From sequence record OR532817.1: DNA of 64,000 nucleotides; one strand, written 5' to 3'. The notes beneath the pieces were generated by a model. The model was not told the DNA's origin and made no database searches. It was given only the letters and a program-made list of their open reading frames with translations. The position numbers were made by a program, and so were the translations under genes. Each line of letters starts with the position of its first letter. Position 1 is the stretch's first letter. Shown here piece by piece: positions 24,483 to 34,857 of the stretch.

Positions 24483-24826
24483 AATATAAACGATGTGATG
24501 ATGGATATCTGGCTGCCAGGTATTACAGTAAATTTGTATCTACAACTAATAAAGATGATCTGTTATTACTTATGTTAGTAGGTACAATTAAACAAGAAAT
24601 GGCGGCGGAAAGATATATCAACACGTTAATACATAAAATAGTACTTAAACACAGGCTGGTTAAAATTAGAACTATTGGTGGTTATGAACCTTATAAATTT
24701 GGTGTATTTTATCTTGACAATACTAAATTAGCTGCGGCTGATTCTATTATAATTTGTGAGTCCATTGAAAAAGCGGTTCAGTACTGTAAAAATAATAATT
24801 ATAAATTGATTGGTACAGAGGTATGA
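24479..24826 (+). CDS. Family B protein with C-terminal extension
   Basis: LLLLMLVGTIKQEMAAERYINTL. Confidence 0.75.
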   Translation: MKYKRCDDGYLAARYYSKFVSTTNKDDLLLLMLVGTIKQEMAAERYINTLIHKIVLKHRLVKIRTIGGYEPYKFGVFYLDNTKLAAADSIIICESIEKAVQYCKNNNYKLIGTEV

Positions 24827-24829
24827 ATT

Positions 24830-25072
24830 ATGATGAGTTTAAAATTTTATGACCATTTACCGAAAAGTATAAAATTCAGTAATATACAATATTATACATT
24901 AGAAGATTGGGAAATGCATTATCGAAAGATACTCGGTTTTTCTTTGGGATTTGAAGAAACTGAGTACCAGGAAATACATTATAATTATTATATTGAAATA
25001 TTAAAATGCATGATACATAAAGATTATGAAATTTTAATTTCCAGATATATAGTGACGAGTAAAAATGGATAA
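24830..25072 (+). CDS. Hypothetical protein
   Basis: RBS GAGG. Confidence 0.65.
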   Translation: MMSLKFYDHLPKSIKFSNIQYYTLEDWEMHYRKILGFSLGFEETEYQEIHYNYYIEILKCMIHKDYEILISRYIVTSKNG

Positions 25073-25232
25073 AGAAACAAAGAAGAAGTTAACAGAACTT
25101 ATTGAATCATCTATTAATGCTGAGGGTGCTTTCTTTGAACACTACGATAAGTACGATAGAAAAGGAAGAGTGTTGTGGGAGAAGCGTAATAGTACCAGGA
25201 AGGAGTTGGATGAATTTATTTCTAAATTGTGA
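25065..25232 (+). CDS. Hypothetical protein (55 aa, not in track)
   Basis: MDKETKKKL...FISKL*, overlaps neighbours. Confidence 0.6.
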   Translation: MDKETKKKLTELIESSINAEGAFFEHYDKYDRKGRVLWEKRNSTRKELDEFISKL

Positions 25233-25447
25233 GGAAATTGGTGAATAGTCCAAATGGTCGTGCATCTATATCCCAACTATATTTGTATAATCTTAAATTA
25301 TCTTATATTATAAAATCAATAAAAACTCAAAATAACTTCATTGGTTTGCCTAATTATGTAAGAGAAATGGAGATAGATTCATTTGTTAAGGATATGATAG
25401 AAATATATAAAATTCAAGGTAAGTTACCACCGTTTGATGCGTTGTAA
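25229..25447 (+). CDS. Family D microprotein
   Basis: C-terminal IYKIQGKLPP. Confidence 0.6.
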   Translation: MRKLVNSPNGRASISQLYLYNLKLSYIIKSIKTQNNFIGLPNYVREMEIDSFVKDMIEIYKIQGKLPPFDAL

Positions 25448-25549
25448 TACTATTCACTTCATCCCCACCGTGTGTCTTTTTTAAACACTTGACTTCCAGT
25501 CAAATCTGTGTTATTGTTATCATTGTAATAATAAAAATGGTACAATATA

Positions 25550-25834
25550 ATGACCAAAAGTGAATACTATTCTGTACTGAATATTCAGGAAGCGTGCAAA
25601 GGTTTATACTTTACTCCTTATACTGAAGTTATGCGTTCTGTGTTACACTCATTACAGATGGAATTTAATGCAAAGTACAAAGGGACACCCATTTCCATAA
25701 AATGTTATAATGAAGATTTTGGTGTTTTAATTAATAGTTATAGTATAACATTTATTGTTTGTTATTTTGAAACATCGGGTTCTATAGCAGTGACAAGAAA
25801 ATATTTTGATTCTGATACAAAGATTAGGAAATAA
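25550..25834 (+). CDS. Family C protein
   Basis: Near-duplicate of 23253. Confidence 0.8.
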   Translation: MTKSEYYSVLNIQEACKGLYFTPYTEVMRSVLHSLQMEFNAKYKGTPISIKCYNEDFGVLINSYSITFIVCYFETSGSIAVTRKYFDSDTKIRK

Positions 25835-25894
25835 AAATAGTGTAATCTTTTATACATCCAATAATCTTTAAAAATAACGGGTAATTACTTTATC

Positions 25895-26170
25895 ATGACT
25901 GAACAAGAATACAAATGCACAACGCATGTAATCGGAGTATTAGGTGATATTGAATCAAAGTATCGCAGTACAATGCTTACTATCTTATCAATGCTACAAA
26001 CTGATTTTAATAAAAAGTACGCACAAAGAAAGGTACAACTAACTGTAGGTTCAGGTGTTAAAACCAAAACAATCAAAGGGTATTGTATTGGATTTAGATA
26101 TGTGTATTTTACTATTACCAAAGGATATAAAAGAGATCATTTCAATGAATTCACTACTTTGTGTTCATAA
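25895..26170 (+). CDS. Family C protein
   Basis: LQTDFNKKYAQ. Confidence 0.8.
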   Translation: MTEQEYKCTTHVIGVLGDIESKYRSTMLTILSMLQTDFNKKYAQRKVQLTVGSGVKTKTIKGYCIGFRYVYFTITKGYKRDHFNEFTTLCS

Positions 26171-26179
26171 AGAGGGATT

Positions 26180-26446
26180 ATGAAAAGAGATAAACATTAT
26201 AAACAAATTGAATTCATTTATAAACTCGCACGAAATAGTGATGCTTACACTTATATTTCTTATGAATCATATCTCAAAGAAGTTGTTGTTTTGTATCTTA
26301 AAAAGTACAAATCAAAAAAGGTTGATTCTGGTACTTACATCATAGACGATGTTAAATTTTTATACGGCGAGCTTCGTGTATACCAGAGAAGAGTAAGCGA
26401 CGGTATGCTTTTGTGGGATTCTATATGGAATACAAAAATAGATTAA
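26180..26446 (+). CDS. Hypothetical protein (Family C-like)
   Basis: RBS GAGGG; YLKKYK. Confidence 0.7.
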   Translation: MKRDKHYKQIEFIYKLARNSDAYTYISYESYLKEVVVLYLKKYKSKKVDSGTYIIDDVKFLYGELRVYQRRVSDGMLLWDSIWNTKID

Positions 26447-26448
26447 TT

Positions 26449-26877
26449 ATGAAAACATTAGAAGAATTAATTAGAATAAGTAAAAATATCATTTATATTA
26501 ACAATGTATTCAGTACAGGAAAAGGTCATCTTATTGTTGATGATGTTAGATACTTTTATTCTGAGTCTGCTCATATATGGTACAGTTCATTTTATGTTCG
26601 TGATTTTGAACCCGAGTGGGATTGTATTTCTTATTCGAGGGGTTTAAGTACAGTCACAACTATTTCTTCTATGAAGGAACATACTCACACACTCGATTGT
26701 TCAGAATTTGATTTAAGTGAAGAGATGCTTTTTCAGTACAGTACAATGTATTCCAGTACCGAACTGGAAGCTATATTCGTTAAAGTGTACCTGGATAAAT
26801 TCACTGATATAGATGAATTTTGTATAAATCTCTCACAATACCCTTCGTATTGCGAAAAACTTGGATTAATACCATGA
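26449..26877 (+). CDS. Family A protein
   Basis: SEEMLFQYSTMY. Confidence 0.8.
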   Translation: MKTLEELIRISKNIIYINNVFSTGKGHLIVDDVRYFYSESAHIWYSSFYVRDFEPEWDCISYSRGLSTVTTISSMKEHTHTLDCSEFDLSEEMLFQYSTMYSSTELEAIFVKVYLDKFTDIDEFCINLSQYPSYCEKLGLIP

Positions 26878-27290
26878 GTTACAGAAGTTCATTATTTTTT
26901 GCACAAAAGGTATACTACACCGTTCAGTGCTTTTATAATTCTGAATTTGATAATACAGTACTAAAAAAGACAGGAAATGACAGTGCATTTGATTACTACG
27001 ATTATCAGAATTTATTTTTTGGTTATCCGGTCTTCAATACTACACAGATGGATTGTCATATTTCTCTTGATTTTTCTTTTATGACATTCAATTCATATAA
27101 CACAGACTATATGTCACTCGATTCTGTGGTTAGATTAAATTCTGATAACATAGTGTTAATTCATAGTAGTGAGGATTATGATTTCTTTAGTAATTCTTAT
27201 ACTGAAAATGAATTGTTTGTTTGTACTGTATTTTCGTACCTAATTCTTAACAAATGTAAACCATTCTATCTGGATTTGAGTATAATTTAA
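26874..27290 (+). CDS. Hypothetical protein, paralog of 27912
   Basis: SLFFAQKVY...FSYL..KCKPFYLDLSII. Confidence 0.75.
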   Translation: MSYRSSLFFAQKVYYTVQCFYNSEFDNTVLKKTGNDSAFDYYDYQNLFFGYPVFNTTQMDCHISLDFSFMTFNSYNTDYMSLDSVVRLNSDNIVLIHSSEDYDFFSNSYTENELFVCTVFSYLILNKCKPFYLDLSII

Positions 27291-27309
27291 AGAGGGGATT
27301 TTCATTATC

Positions 27310-27912
27310 ATGCTAGAGAATTTTTATTCAAATTTAATGAAAGCTTTCCCTACAAAAGAGGAAGTTGGATTAGGCCATGTATCAGATTTGGATTATGATA
27401 TTTACGTTGCTATGGTAATTGTTGGTCAAGCAAAAAATGTTCATGAAGTACATGAACGATTTACAAAACTAGAGAATGAAAGAAATTATACAAATGAATT
27501 GAAATCTGAACCTGAAATACAAGGTAGATTGTTTATTGTAAAAAATACAAGAACATTAGAATTAATTTTGATACCTACTAAAGAAACATTTAATGAGATA
27601 TCAAAAACCGAAGAATATCTTTTGAATAATCATGGAATTTCTTATAAATCAAAAGACTGGATTATTGATACAGTACTGTACGTTTCTCGTAAAGACAGAG
27701 GATTAACGAGAGTACATGATTTATATTCTTCTGTTCTTAAAATTGCTACACCAAATGAATTTGGAATATTCAATTCAGAACAATATGATATAATCATGAA
27801 CTGTATTAATGATAAAATATCAAGATGTTATAATCGTTGTGTATATCCAAATGGATATCATAGTAATAAAAATTTTCACTACAATTACAATGAAATATGG
27901 AATAAAGTATAA
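27310..27912 (+). CDS. Hypothetical protein
   Basis: 200-aa ORF, RBS GAGGGG. Confidence 0.8.
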   Translation: MLENFYSNLMKAFPTKEEVGLGHVSDLDYDIYVAMVIVGQAKNVHEVHERFTKLENERNYTNELKSEPEIQGRLFIVKNTRTLELILIPTKETFNEISKTEEYLLNNHGISYKSKDWIIDTVLYVSRKDRGLTRVHDLYSSVLKIATPNEFGIFNSEQYDIIMNCINDKISRCYNRCVYPNGYHSNKNFHYNYNEIWNKV

Positions 27913-28307
27913 TGAACAACAACGAATCACTTTTTCTTGCTAAAAAGATATATAACACTGCACAACTTTTTTATAATTCAAGTTTCAACTGTACTGGATT
28001 TAAGAGAAGTTTTGTGGGGCTTGATTATGAATACAAATTTTCCAATTTAATTGTTTTCAGTACTGAAAATACATATGGCTGTTTCTTTTCTTTTAAAAAA
28101 AATATTATAATTTTTGATAATGAATTCGCCGGTATAATTGAATGTGAATACGAAGATGGAACACGTAATTATCTTTCCCGTATAATGAATTTACATCAAC
28201 AGTGCCAACCTGTGAATACAAAGGATAATATGTCAGTACTGACAATTTTTTCGTACTTAGCCCAGATGAAGTGTCAACCATTCTATATGGATTTACGCAT
28301 AATTTAG
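27912..28307 (+). CDS. Hypothetical protein, paralog of 26874
   Basis: SLFLAKKIY...FSYL..KCQPFYMDLRII. Confidence 0.75.
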   Translation: MNNNESLFLAKKIYNTAQLFYNSSFNCTGFKRSFVGLDYEYKFSNLIVFSTENTYGCFFSFKKNIIIFDNEFAGIIECEYEDGTRNYLSRIMNLHQQCQPVNTKDNMSVLTIFSYLAQMKCQPFYMDLRII

Positions 28308-28319
28308 GGGGTATATTTT

Positions 28320-28616
28320 GTGTTAAAAATTCACTGTCACAACGGTATATTTTTTTGTAACACTGCAATACATAACGGAAAGTTGATTTATCATAAAAGT
28401 GAGGATTCTTTTTATTATACCCATGTGAATTCTGAAAAAATGCACAAAATTATTGATTATTCAGGATTACAAGAGGATGAACTTTTCCAGATGCATTTAG
28501 TATATGATAAAGTACTTAATTTGGATTTTTACACTTTAACATATATTCAGACCAAAATGCGAGAATTATCAAAAATTTATACTGCTGATTTTAAGATTAT
28601 AACACCTGAAATATAA
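28320..28616 (+). CDS. Family A protein
   Basis: QEDELFQMHLVY. Confidence 0.75.
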   Translation: MLKIHCHNGIFFCNTAIHNGKLIYHKSEDSFYYTHVNSEKMHKIIDYSGLQEDELFQMHLVYDKVLNLDFYTLTYIQTKMRELSKIYTADFKIITPEI

Positions 28617-28617
28617 G

Positions 28618-28953
28618 ATGAATAAAAATATAAGAACCAATAATATTATGTGGTGCACTGTATATAAACTGATTTATACTACTTATGCTCTTATACGATT
28701 AGTTAGCAAACATAATACAAAAATCGATGTTTATTTCTATAATGACGGTACCAAAGAACATTACTTAACAGAGGGTAATGATATATATGAAATTCATGAT
28801 TTATCCTCTTTGAGCACAGAAGAACATTTCCAATTACTCACAGTATGGGATTATAAAACTGATATTGATTTTGTTATTTCTGCACATAAACGCATAGAGG
28901 AACTTAAAAAGGATGAGTTTTTCAATCGTGTCGATACAGTGATTGAATATTAA
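28618..28953 (+). CDS. Family A protein
   Basis: STEEHFQLLTVW. Confidence 0.75.
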   Translation: MNKNIRTNNIMWCTVYKLIYTTYALIRLVSKHNTKIDVYFYNDGTKEHYLTEGNDIYEIHDLSSLSTEEHFQLLTVWDYKTDIDFVISAHKRIEELKKDEFFNRVDTVIEY

Positions 28954-29120
28954 AAGAGCGTACAAAAAATGATTTATGATAAAAATGTTGAGTATATAAC
29001 CCAGTTCATAGTACTATCATACACCAGATATGGCAGTTCTGGTTCCAGGTATATTGATAGTATACTTAAACAACATATTGAGTTTAATGTTATCAATAAC
29101 AAGAAAGGGTTAATATAGAA

Positions 29121-29585
29121 ATGGTTTTTGATACGAGAGAAGGTGCACTCTTTTATGCAAATCAAATATGCAATTTAGTTTTGTATTACAAAAGTAATGA
29201 AAATTTATTAGATGAATATAAATGTTTGTATTCTAAAGTCGATGATGTATTAAGAATTTCTTTAGAAATAGAACACAAAAACCCATTCCCTGAATCAATT
29301 ATTGATTTTCAAGAAAAATATATTAATTATATTCCAGGTAAAGAATGTGAATTAATTCTTTCCGATGTATTTGGTCATAGTATCAAAATCAATCCCAGTG
29401 ACCAAAATGAAGAATTCAATACCAGTACAGAAGAAGGTTATTTCCAGAAGAGTACTATATACAATTCTGATGAATTGTTCTGCATTATTCTTTTTGAAAA
29501 TATAGTACGTAAAATTCCCTTTCAATTCTATATTGATTTAGAAACAATTAATGACATAATAAAAGAGAAAAATTATGCGATATAA
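29121..29585 (+). CDS. Family A protein
   Basis: STEEGYFQKSTIY. Confidence 0.8.
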   Translation: MVFDTREGALFYANQICNLVLYYKSNENLLDEYKCLYSKVDDVLRISLEIEHKNPFPESIIDFQEKYINYIPGKECELILSDVFGHSIKINPSDQNEEFNTSTEEGYFQKSTIYNSDELFCIILFENIVRKIPFQFYIDLETINDIIKEKNYAI

Positions 29586-29913
29586 AATATATAAAACCAA
29601 CCACCTGGTTGTAGCTGAGTACCTTTGTGATAATATGTTAGATATGTTCGAAAATGAACATGATTTTGTTTTAAATTTAAGTACTAAAAAATTTAAGTTG
29701 AACTATTATGGTTCACATGAATTATCTGAACAATATTCAGTTGAATTGCAAGATTGTACTCAGATGCAGGATGATGAATTGTTTCAGTACTCTTTGATTT
29801 TTGATTTTAATTTATTAAGTTTCAAGAATATTGTATTACTTCAGAAAGAAATGCTTACCATACAAGATGATGATACTCATGATACTAAAGAAATTAATTT
29901 TATTGACTTTTGA
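29575..29913 (+). CDS. Family A protein
   Basis: MQDDELFQYSLIFD. Confidence 0.8.
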   Translation: MRYKIYKTNHLVVAEYLCDNMLDMFENEHDFVLNLSTKKFKLNYYGSHELSEQYSVELQDCTQMQDDELFQYSLIFDFNLLSFKNIVLLQKEMLTIQDDDTHDTKEINFIDF

Positions 29914-29973
29914 ATGTATATGTGATAGCATATGTTGTATGGGTGATACAAAACCATAAAAGGGGAATATATA

Positions 29974-30348
29974 GTGCAGACAAATCAAGAAATACAAATA
30001 AAATTAAAAATTAATAATTATTTTAATAAAGTTGTTAGTGCTTCGTATAATGAAGAAGTTTTGTACGAAATAAATTATTCCATGAATTGTTCATCCTTTT
30101 CATTTCGTGAGTATAATGGTATAACTTTAATTAGATCTTATGTAATTCCAGTGATTGATTATACTGAAATGCAAGATGATGAATTGTTCCAGTACTCTTT
30201 AATATACGATCTGGAACATGTTATCCCCTTTGACTCTATGGTTGAATTACAGGGTATTATGAAATCATGTACACAATTAGACCAATTGCAGGGTGGTATT
30301 GAATACACATTTAGTACAATGAATAAGAAGAATTATTATGTACAATGA
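29974..30348 (+). CDS. Family A protein
   Basis: MQDDELFQYSLIYD. Confidence 0.8.
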   Translation: MQTNQEIQIKLKINNYFNKVVSASYNEEVLYEINYSMNCSSFSFREYNGITLIRSYVIPVIDYTEMQDDELFQYSLIYDLEHVIPFDSMVELQGIMKSCTQLDQLQGGIEYTFSTMNKKNYYVQ

Positions 30349-30577
30349 ATGTATTAAATCTCACATAGAAAAAATAACTCTAATGTCTCCTGAGTATTTT
30401 ACTTTACGAAATGCAAAAATTTATCGTAAAATACAAAAAGATGTTGTTAATTATTATCTTTCATTGTACTGCAATGGAACTAAATCAAATTATATCATAA
30501 TAGATATAAGATCGATAATTGATGGTACCTTTAGTATCCAGTACAGGGTTTATCAAAGGAAATATAATGATGACTAG
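30338..30577 (+). CDS. Hypothetical protein
   Basis: Overlap-coupled ORF. Confidence 0.6.
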   Translation: MYNECIKSHIEKITLMSPEYFTLRNAKIYRKIQKDVVNYYLSLYCNGTKSNYIIIDIRSIIDGTFSIQYRVYQRKYNDD

Positions 30578-30851
30578 AGATGAATATTTTGTATTGCAAT
30601 GCATCAATTCATTTTACTACGATAATACGATTAATTACAAATACAGGGAAGTATTATTCGAGTATATTTGTGAAGCACAGGAGTACTACAGCAAAAAAAT
30701 AAAAGGTACACCATGCACAATAAAAAACATAAATGAAGATGCTATACTGGAGAATATACACTGTATTGGGTTTAAACATATATTATTCACTGTATATATG
30801 TTTAATCTAAAGAATTCAACAATAACTCGATACGAGAATATAGAATTTTGA
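30567..30851 (+). CDS. Family C protein
   Basis: MTRDEY...QEYYSKKIKG; RBS AAGGA. Confidence 0.75.
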   Translation: MMTRDEYFVLQCINSFYYDNTINYKYREVLFEYICEAQEYYSKKIKGTPCTIKNINEDAILENIHCIGFKHILFTVYMFNLKNSTITRYENIEF

Positions 30852-31075
30852 AAACAACAAAAAATATATCAAAACAGCAAAGTACTGACCTCATGTTTAA
30901 AGCTTATTTACAAGTGGAATTGGAAAGTAGTACTTCTCCAGAGTTGTCGAGTTATCGTTTATCTGAATTGTTCATGTTGTATCATTTGGGTACTACGAGT
31001 CAGAATGAAATGTCGGAGTTCTACATTTATGCACTTATTCATAAAATGAATTATACCCACAAGGTAAGTAAATGA
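30848..31075 (+). CDS. Family B microprotein
   Basis: ELFMLYHLGTTSQNEMSEFYIYAL. Confidence 0.7.
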   Translation: MKTTKNISKQQSTDLMFKAYLQVELESSTSPELSSYRLSELFMLYHLGTTSQNEMSEFYIYALIHKMNYTHKVSK

Positions 31076-31290
31076 AAACATTAACAATTCCTCAGTGGTC
31101 TAAATTATATGATTATTATCATGAAAAATACAAAACCAATTGCAAATCCAGTAAAGATGTGATAAGATGTATTGAAGTGACATTGATTGCTTCACTTGGC
31201 ACAGATAAGCAACAAAATTGTACAGATCAATATATTGCAATGTTGATTGATTATACGAAGGAATTACAACATGAGTACAAATTTATCTAG
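31072..31290 (+). CDS. Family B microprotein
   Basis: EVTLIASLGTDKQQNCTDQYIAML. Confidence 0.75.
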   Translation: MKTLTIPQWSKLYDYYHEKYKTNCKSSKDVIRCIEVTLIASLGTDKQQNCTDQYIAMLIDYTKELQHEYKFI

Positions 31291-31705
31291 TGCAGAATTA
31301 GATTTTTTGGTTCGCAAATGTGATCCTTATGTACAAAAATTACTAAAGAAATGTAAAACATATTCATACACAAATATTAAATTACAGTTCGAATTTACTA
31401 CAATAAAAATTTATTCCTGTGTGTTAATTGATTCTGATATTATACCAAAAAGAAGTTCATGTGAAATTCCTTTGGAAATCTTTTATAAGAAACATTATAA
31501 ATTATTAAAGAAGTTGAATTATATTCAGTACTACATTAATGCACATTTATATACTGAATTACAATGTATGTATAATCAGTACCTTGAAAGCATGGGGGTA
31601 TCTATTGGCGATTTTGATGGATATCCTTTAAGTACTGAACAGATTAATTTATACAAATTTGTTTTTAATTTTAATTGTTCATTTTTAAGGAATGAATTAA
31701 TATGA
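31271..31705 (+). CDS. Hypothetical protein
   Basis: Start moved to 31271 (RBS AAGGA). Confidence 0.7.
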   Translation: MSTNLSSAELDFLVRKCDPYVQKLLKKCKTYSYTNIKLQFEFTTIKIYSCVLIDSDIIPKRSSCEIPLEIFYKKHYKLLKKLNYIQYYINAHLYTELQCMYNQYLESMGVSIGDFDGYPLSTEQINLYKFVFNFNCSFLRNELI

Positions 31706-32040
31706 AAAACGAATTGCGTGGTTTATTGAGTACTCAATCGTTTCTTAAACGAATATCCACGGAAGAAATAGATTTTATCAGGAAAGAATTACTAAATCAA
31801 TTATTTGATAGTGCCATTAAAAATTTTGCAAATGATCTTACTGTAATACATAAAGATAAAATTGTATCAATTAAAATTCTAGTGTGTAATACAAATACAA
31901 ATACGTTTGAATACATTAAATCTGATTTTGTTATAAATGAATTCAGTTGTTCTTTATTCAATGCTACATGTCTTGTTGATAGTGTTGAGGGTTACAGCAG
32001 AATAACACGAGTGCATTGTAAATTTATAGTGTATGAGTAA
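31702..32040 (+). CDS. Hypothetical protein
   Basis: RBS AAGGA. Confidence 0.7.
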   Translation: MKNELRGLLSTQSFLKRISTEEIDFIRKELLNQLFDSAIKNFANDLTVIHKDKIVSIKILVCNTNTNTFEYIKSDFVINEFSCSLFNATCLVDSVEGYSRITRVHCKFIVYE

Positions 32041-32312
32041 TGCAAAAATATGAATTTGACTCAGTACATATCATCATAAGTACTTTATGGGATATGGATC
32101 CTTCTTATACAACAGTGTATTATAAAATATTCTCTTCAATACAAGATGATTTTAATAAAAAATACGCACAAAAAGAAGTACTCATAGAATCGAATAATAA
32201 AGTGATAAAAGAAAAAATATCGTACTACATTATTTCCTTTGGTGTATTGAAATTTATTTGTACAAATTCATTTAGTAGACAATACTTCGCCAACGGGTGT
32301 CAATTATTATGA
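32040..32312 (+). CDS. Family C protein
   Basis: IQDDFNKKYAQ, paralog of 25895. Confidence 0.8.
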   Translation: MQKYEFDSVHIIISTLWDMDPSYTTVYYKIFSSIQDDFNKKYAQKEVLIESNNKVIKEKISYYIISFGVLKFICTNSFSRQYFANGCQLL

Positions 32313-32608
32313 CTAAAGAAGAATATATGAAAGTTTTGTTCATTAAAGAAATTTTTGTCCAAATGGCATTGGGTACTGATTATTTGTACAAAAATGCATT
32401 CATTAACATTCTTGAAGTACTACAAGATGATTTTGATTCAAAGTATAATGGAATGAAAATAAATTACAAAACATATAATCAGGATTATATTAAAATTATC
32501 AAAAAATATACAATTAATTTAAGTTCTGTAAATTTTGAAACTGCACTTGGAATGAGGTTTAAACATTTTGATTATTATTTAATTCCAATTGGATTTAAAG
32601 ATGAATAA
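32309..32608 (+). CDS. Family C protein
   Basis: MTKEEY...LQDDFDSKYNG. Confidence 0.8.
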   Translation: MTKEEYMKVLFIKEIFVQMALGTDYLYKNAFINILEVLQDDFDSKYNGMKINYKTYNQDYIKIIKKYTINLSSVNFETALGMRFKHFDYYLIPIGFKDE

Positions 32609-32906
32609 ATTCGAATACCAATCAATACAATTAATTAAAGAGTATTCAAATTCTTTACATAGTTCTTTTATTTTAAAAAATAATAATTATTCCACTAAAA
32701 TTTGTGATATAATTAATAATTATTTTAAATGTATATCTAAAGAATTTTCTACAAAATATAAGAATAAAAATATAAAAACCGATGTAGATGTTTTTGTAAT
32801 AGTGGGTTTCATTATACAACAAGATTTATGTGTTGTAAAATCACTAGCGAATAGTACTAATTATTTCTTTAATTGCAAATCCCTTATAGAAGGTGAACTT
32901 TTGTGA
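32601..32906 (+). CDS. Family C protein
   Basis: ISKEFSTKYKN. Confidence 0.75.
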   Translation: MNKFEYQSIQLIKEYSNSLHSSFILKNNNYSTKICDIINNYFKCISKEFSTKYKNKNIKTDVDVFVIVGFIIQQDLCVVKSLANSTNYFFNCKSLIEGELL

Positions 32907-33241
32907 ATAAACCAAACATTTATCTGGAATTTGATAACAGCATAAAGCAAGTTAATATGTTGAGATCAATTTTAAGAGATTTTTATATAGAAGCATATTA
33001 CTACAAGAACTGGAATACTAAAATGTATTCTAATACATTATATTACTCATTCAATGAATATTTAGATTACATTTCCGAAGAATTCAATGAAAAATATAAT
33101 TCAATTGTACTTACCTATAATTCAAAAGAACATGTACTGAATAATATAGAAATGAGTTTGAAATTTATAACATTACATTTATCCAGTTCAGAATTACCAA
33201 CGACAATTATTATTCATCCTTCATATCTGGATAAAATATAA
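32903..33241 (+). CDS. Family C protein
   Basis: ISEEFNEKYNS. Confidence 0.75.
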   Translation: MNKPNIYLEFDNSIKQVNMLRSILRDFYIEAYYYKNWNTKMYSNTLYYSFNEYLDYISEEFNEKYNSIVLTYNSKEHVLNNIEMSLKFITLHLSSSELPTTIIIHPSYLDKI

Positions 33242-33444
33242 TGAATGATTTGGATTCACTGTTGTGGTATACTTTATCCGTTCTTTCATTTGAACGCGAT
33301 AAACACAAAGTGCAAGTATCTAAAAATCCAGATATATTACAGAAAAAGAAAGAATACGCATTGGTGTATTCTTTGGAAAAATCATTTATTTCTATGCATC
33401 TGGAATACAGAGAATACAGAACATCAAATGGTATAAAAAAATGA
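33241..33444 (+). CDS. Hypothetical protein
   Basis: Coupled ORF. Confidence 0.6.
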   Translation: MNDLDSLLWYTLSVLSFERDKHKVQVSKNPDILQKKKEYALVYSLEKSFISMHLEYREYRTSNGIKK

Positions 33445-33776
33445 AATATAAATCTATAGTACACAAAAGATTCAAGTCAATATATTATACGGAAATTTAT
33501 GTTCATAAAAAAGTAAAAGGTATTGATTTTTATATTGATAAAGTATATCTGGATTATGATGTAGTTACTAATACATTCGAATGTACAGACCTCTTTGATT
33601 CAATACCAGTACCTAACTTGGCTGAATTAAGTGAAGAAGAAGAATTTCAGTACTCACTAGTATATGAAGATATATGGGAATTGAAGTGGGATTATTATCG
33701 AATGCTGTCTTATCAAAAAGCACTTGTATCTTCGATAAAGAAACAAAATTACTTATTAATTAACCTGGAATATTAA
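33441..33776 (+). CDS. Family A protein
   Basis: SEEEEFQYSLVY. Confidence 0.8.
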   Translation: MKYKSIVHKRFKSIYYTEIYVHKKVKGIDFYIDKVYLDYDVVTNTFECTDLFDSIPVPNLAELSEEEEFQYSLVYEDIWELKWDYYRMLSYQKALVSSIKKQNYLLINLEY

Positions 33777-33777
33777 T

Positions 33778-34311
33778 ATGCAAAACAAGTACAATTATAA
33801 TGACCCAGAATTTGCTACACTCGCATATGATATAGCAAAAATGGTAAAAGATTTAAAGGAATGTGCTATTGGTACTAAGGATATCAGTACTGTAATGAAT
33901 ACCGATGTAAATTTTAAGAAAGAATTACAGGTAACTGATTCGACAAATCCTTTGGCTGCATTCAAGAATTGTGTGGTAAATTACTATGGTGTAGTACAAT
34001 GTAACATAGGATATAAATCCCACGAATGTAATATAGTAACTTTTGATGCATATGGAAATCTCCATGAACTTGATATTTATAAGGGTCAAAAATTAATCAT
34101 TAAATTCATGGATAGATACCTATTTACCAAATCATATCATTTCGAATTACCAAAAATTGATGGTGCATTCATTGATAATTATGATGCTTATATTTTTCAG
34201 TTAAGCACTACAAATGAATATTACAGTATCATTGATTTTGTACTTAGAATGAAAATGAAATTCCAGAGTAATTTGTACTTAAAAGGAAGTATCCTTGATC
34301 TGGTGTTATAA
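33778..34311 (+). CDS. Family A protein
   Basis: DAYIFQLSTT. Confidence 0.75.
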   Translation: MQNKYNYNDPEFATLAYDIAKMVKDLKECAIGTKDISTVMNTDVNFKKELQVTDSTNPLAAFKNCVVNYYGVVQCNIGYKSHECNIVTFDAYGNLHELDIYKGQKLIIKFMDRYLFTKSYHFELPKIDGAFIDNYDAYIFQLSTTNEYYSIIDFVLRMKMKFQSNLYLKGSILDLVL

Positions 34312-34316
34312 AATAT

Positions 34317-34496
34317 ATGAAAATTTTAACAAAAGAAGAAGTACAAAAACGATTAATTGTACAACAAGATTATACAACAATGCATAGATTTCTTGAGCTT
34401 CGTTTATTGAATTTTATTGGTACTAATTACCAGAAGAGTTGTGTAAATTTTTATATCAAAATGCTTCGATCTGAAATTAAACTAAAATTAAAATGA
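34317..34496 (+). CDS. Family B microprotein (59 aa, not in track)
   Basis: ELRLLNFIGTNYQKSCVNFYIKML. Confidence 0.75.
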   Translation: MKILTKEEVQKRLIVQQDYTTMHRFLELRLLNFIGTNYQKSCVNFYIKMLRSEIKLKLK

Positions 34497-34669
34497 AACA
34501 CATTAATAGTATTCAGTACCTTAAATTGTACAAAAAAGCACTTGATAATTCCAGTACAATGTTGGAGTTTAATGAAAACTTTTTCATATACGTATTGGGA
34601 ACTAACTATCAAGAAAAGTTAATTCTTCCATATTTGGAAACTCTCTGCTATTCAAAGAAGAAAAAATGA
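34493..34669 (+). CDS. Family B microprotein (58 aa, not in track)
   Basis: ENFFIYVLGTNYQEKLILPYLETL. Confidence 0.75.
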   Translation: MKHINSIQYLKLYKKALDNSSTMLEFNENFFIYVLGTNYQEKLILPYLETLCYSKKKK

Positions 34670-34857
34670 AAATGTTAACTCCAACCGAATATGACAATGT
34701 AATAAGTTTAGTATATGTTTCTTTACCACGAAAATGTAGTTCTATTAGAAAATTTGAATTGTATTTAAAAGCGGTTCTCGACACCAATTATCAGTTACAA
34801 ATTACAAATATATACATTTCCAGACTTATTCTACATATACAAGGAAAAAATATATGA
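34666..34857 (+). CDS. Family B microprotein
   Basis: ELYLKAVLDTNYQLQITNIYISRL. Confidence 0.75.
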   Translation: MKMLTPTEYDNVISLVYVSLPRKCSSIRKFELYLKAVLDTNYQLQITNIYISRLILHIQGKNI

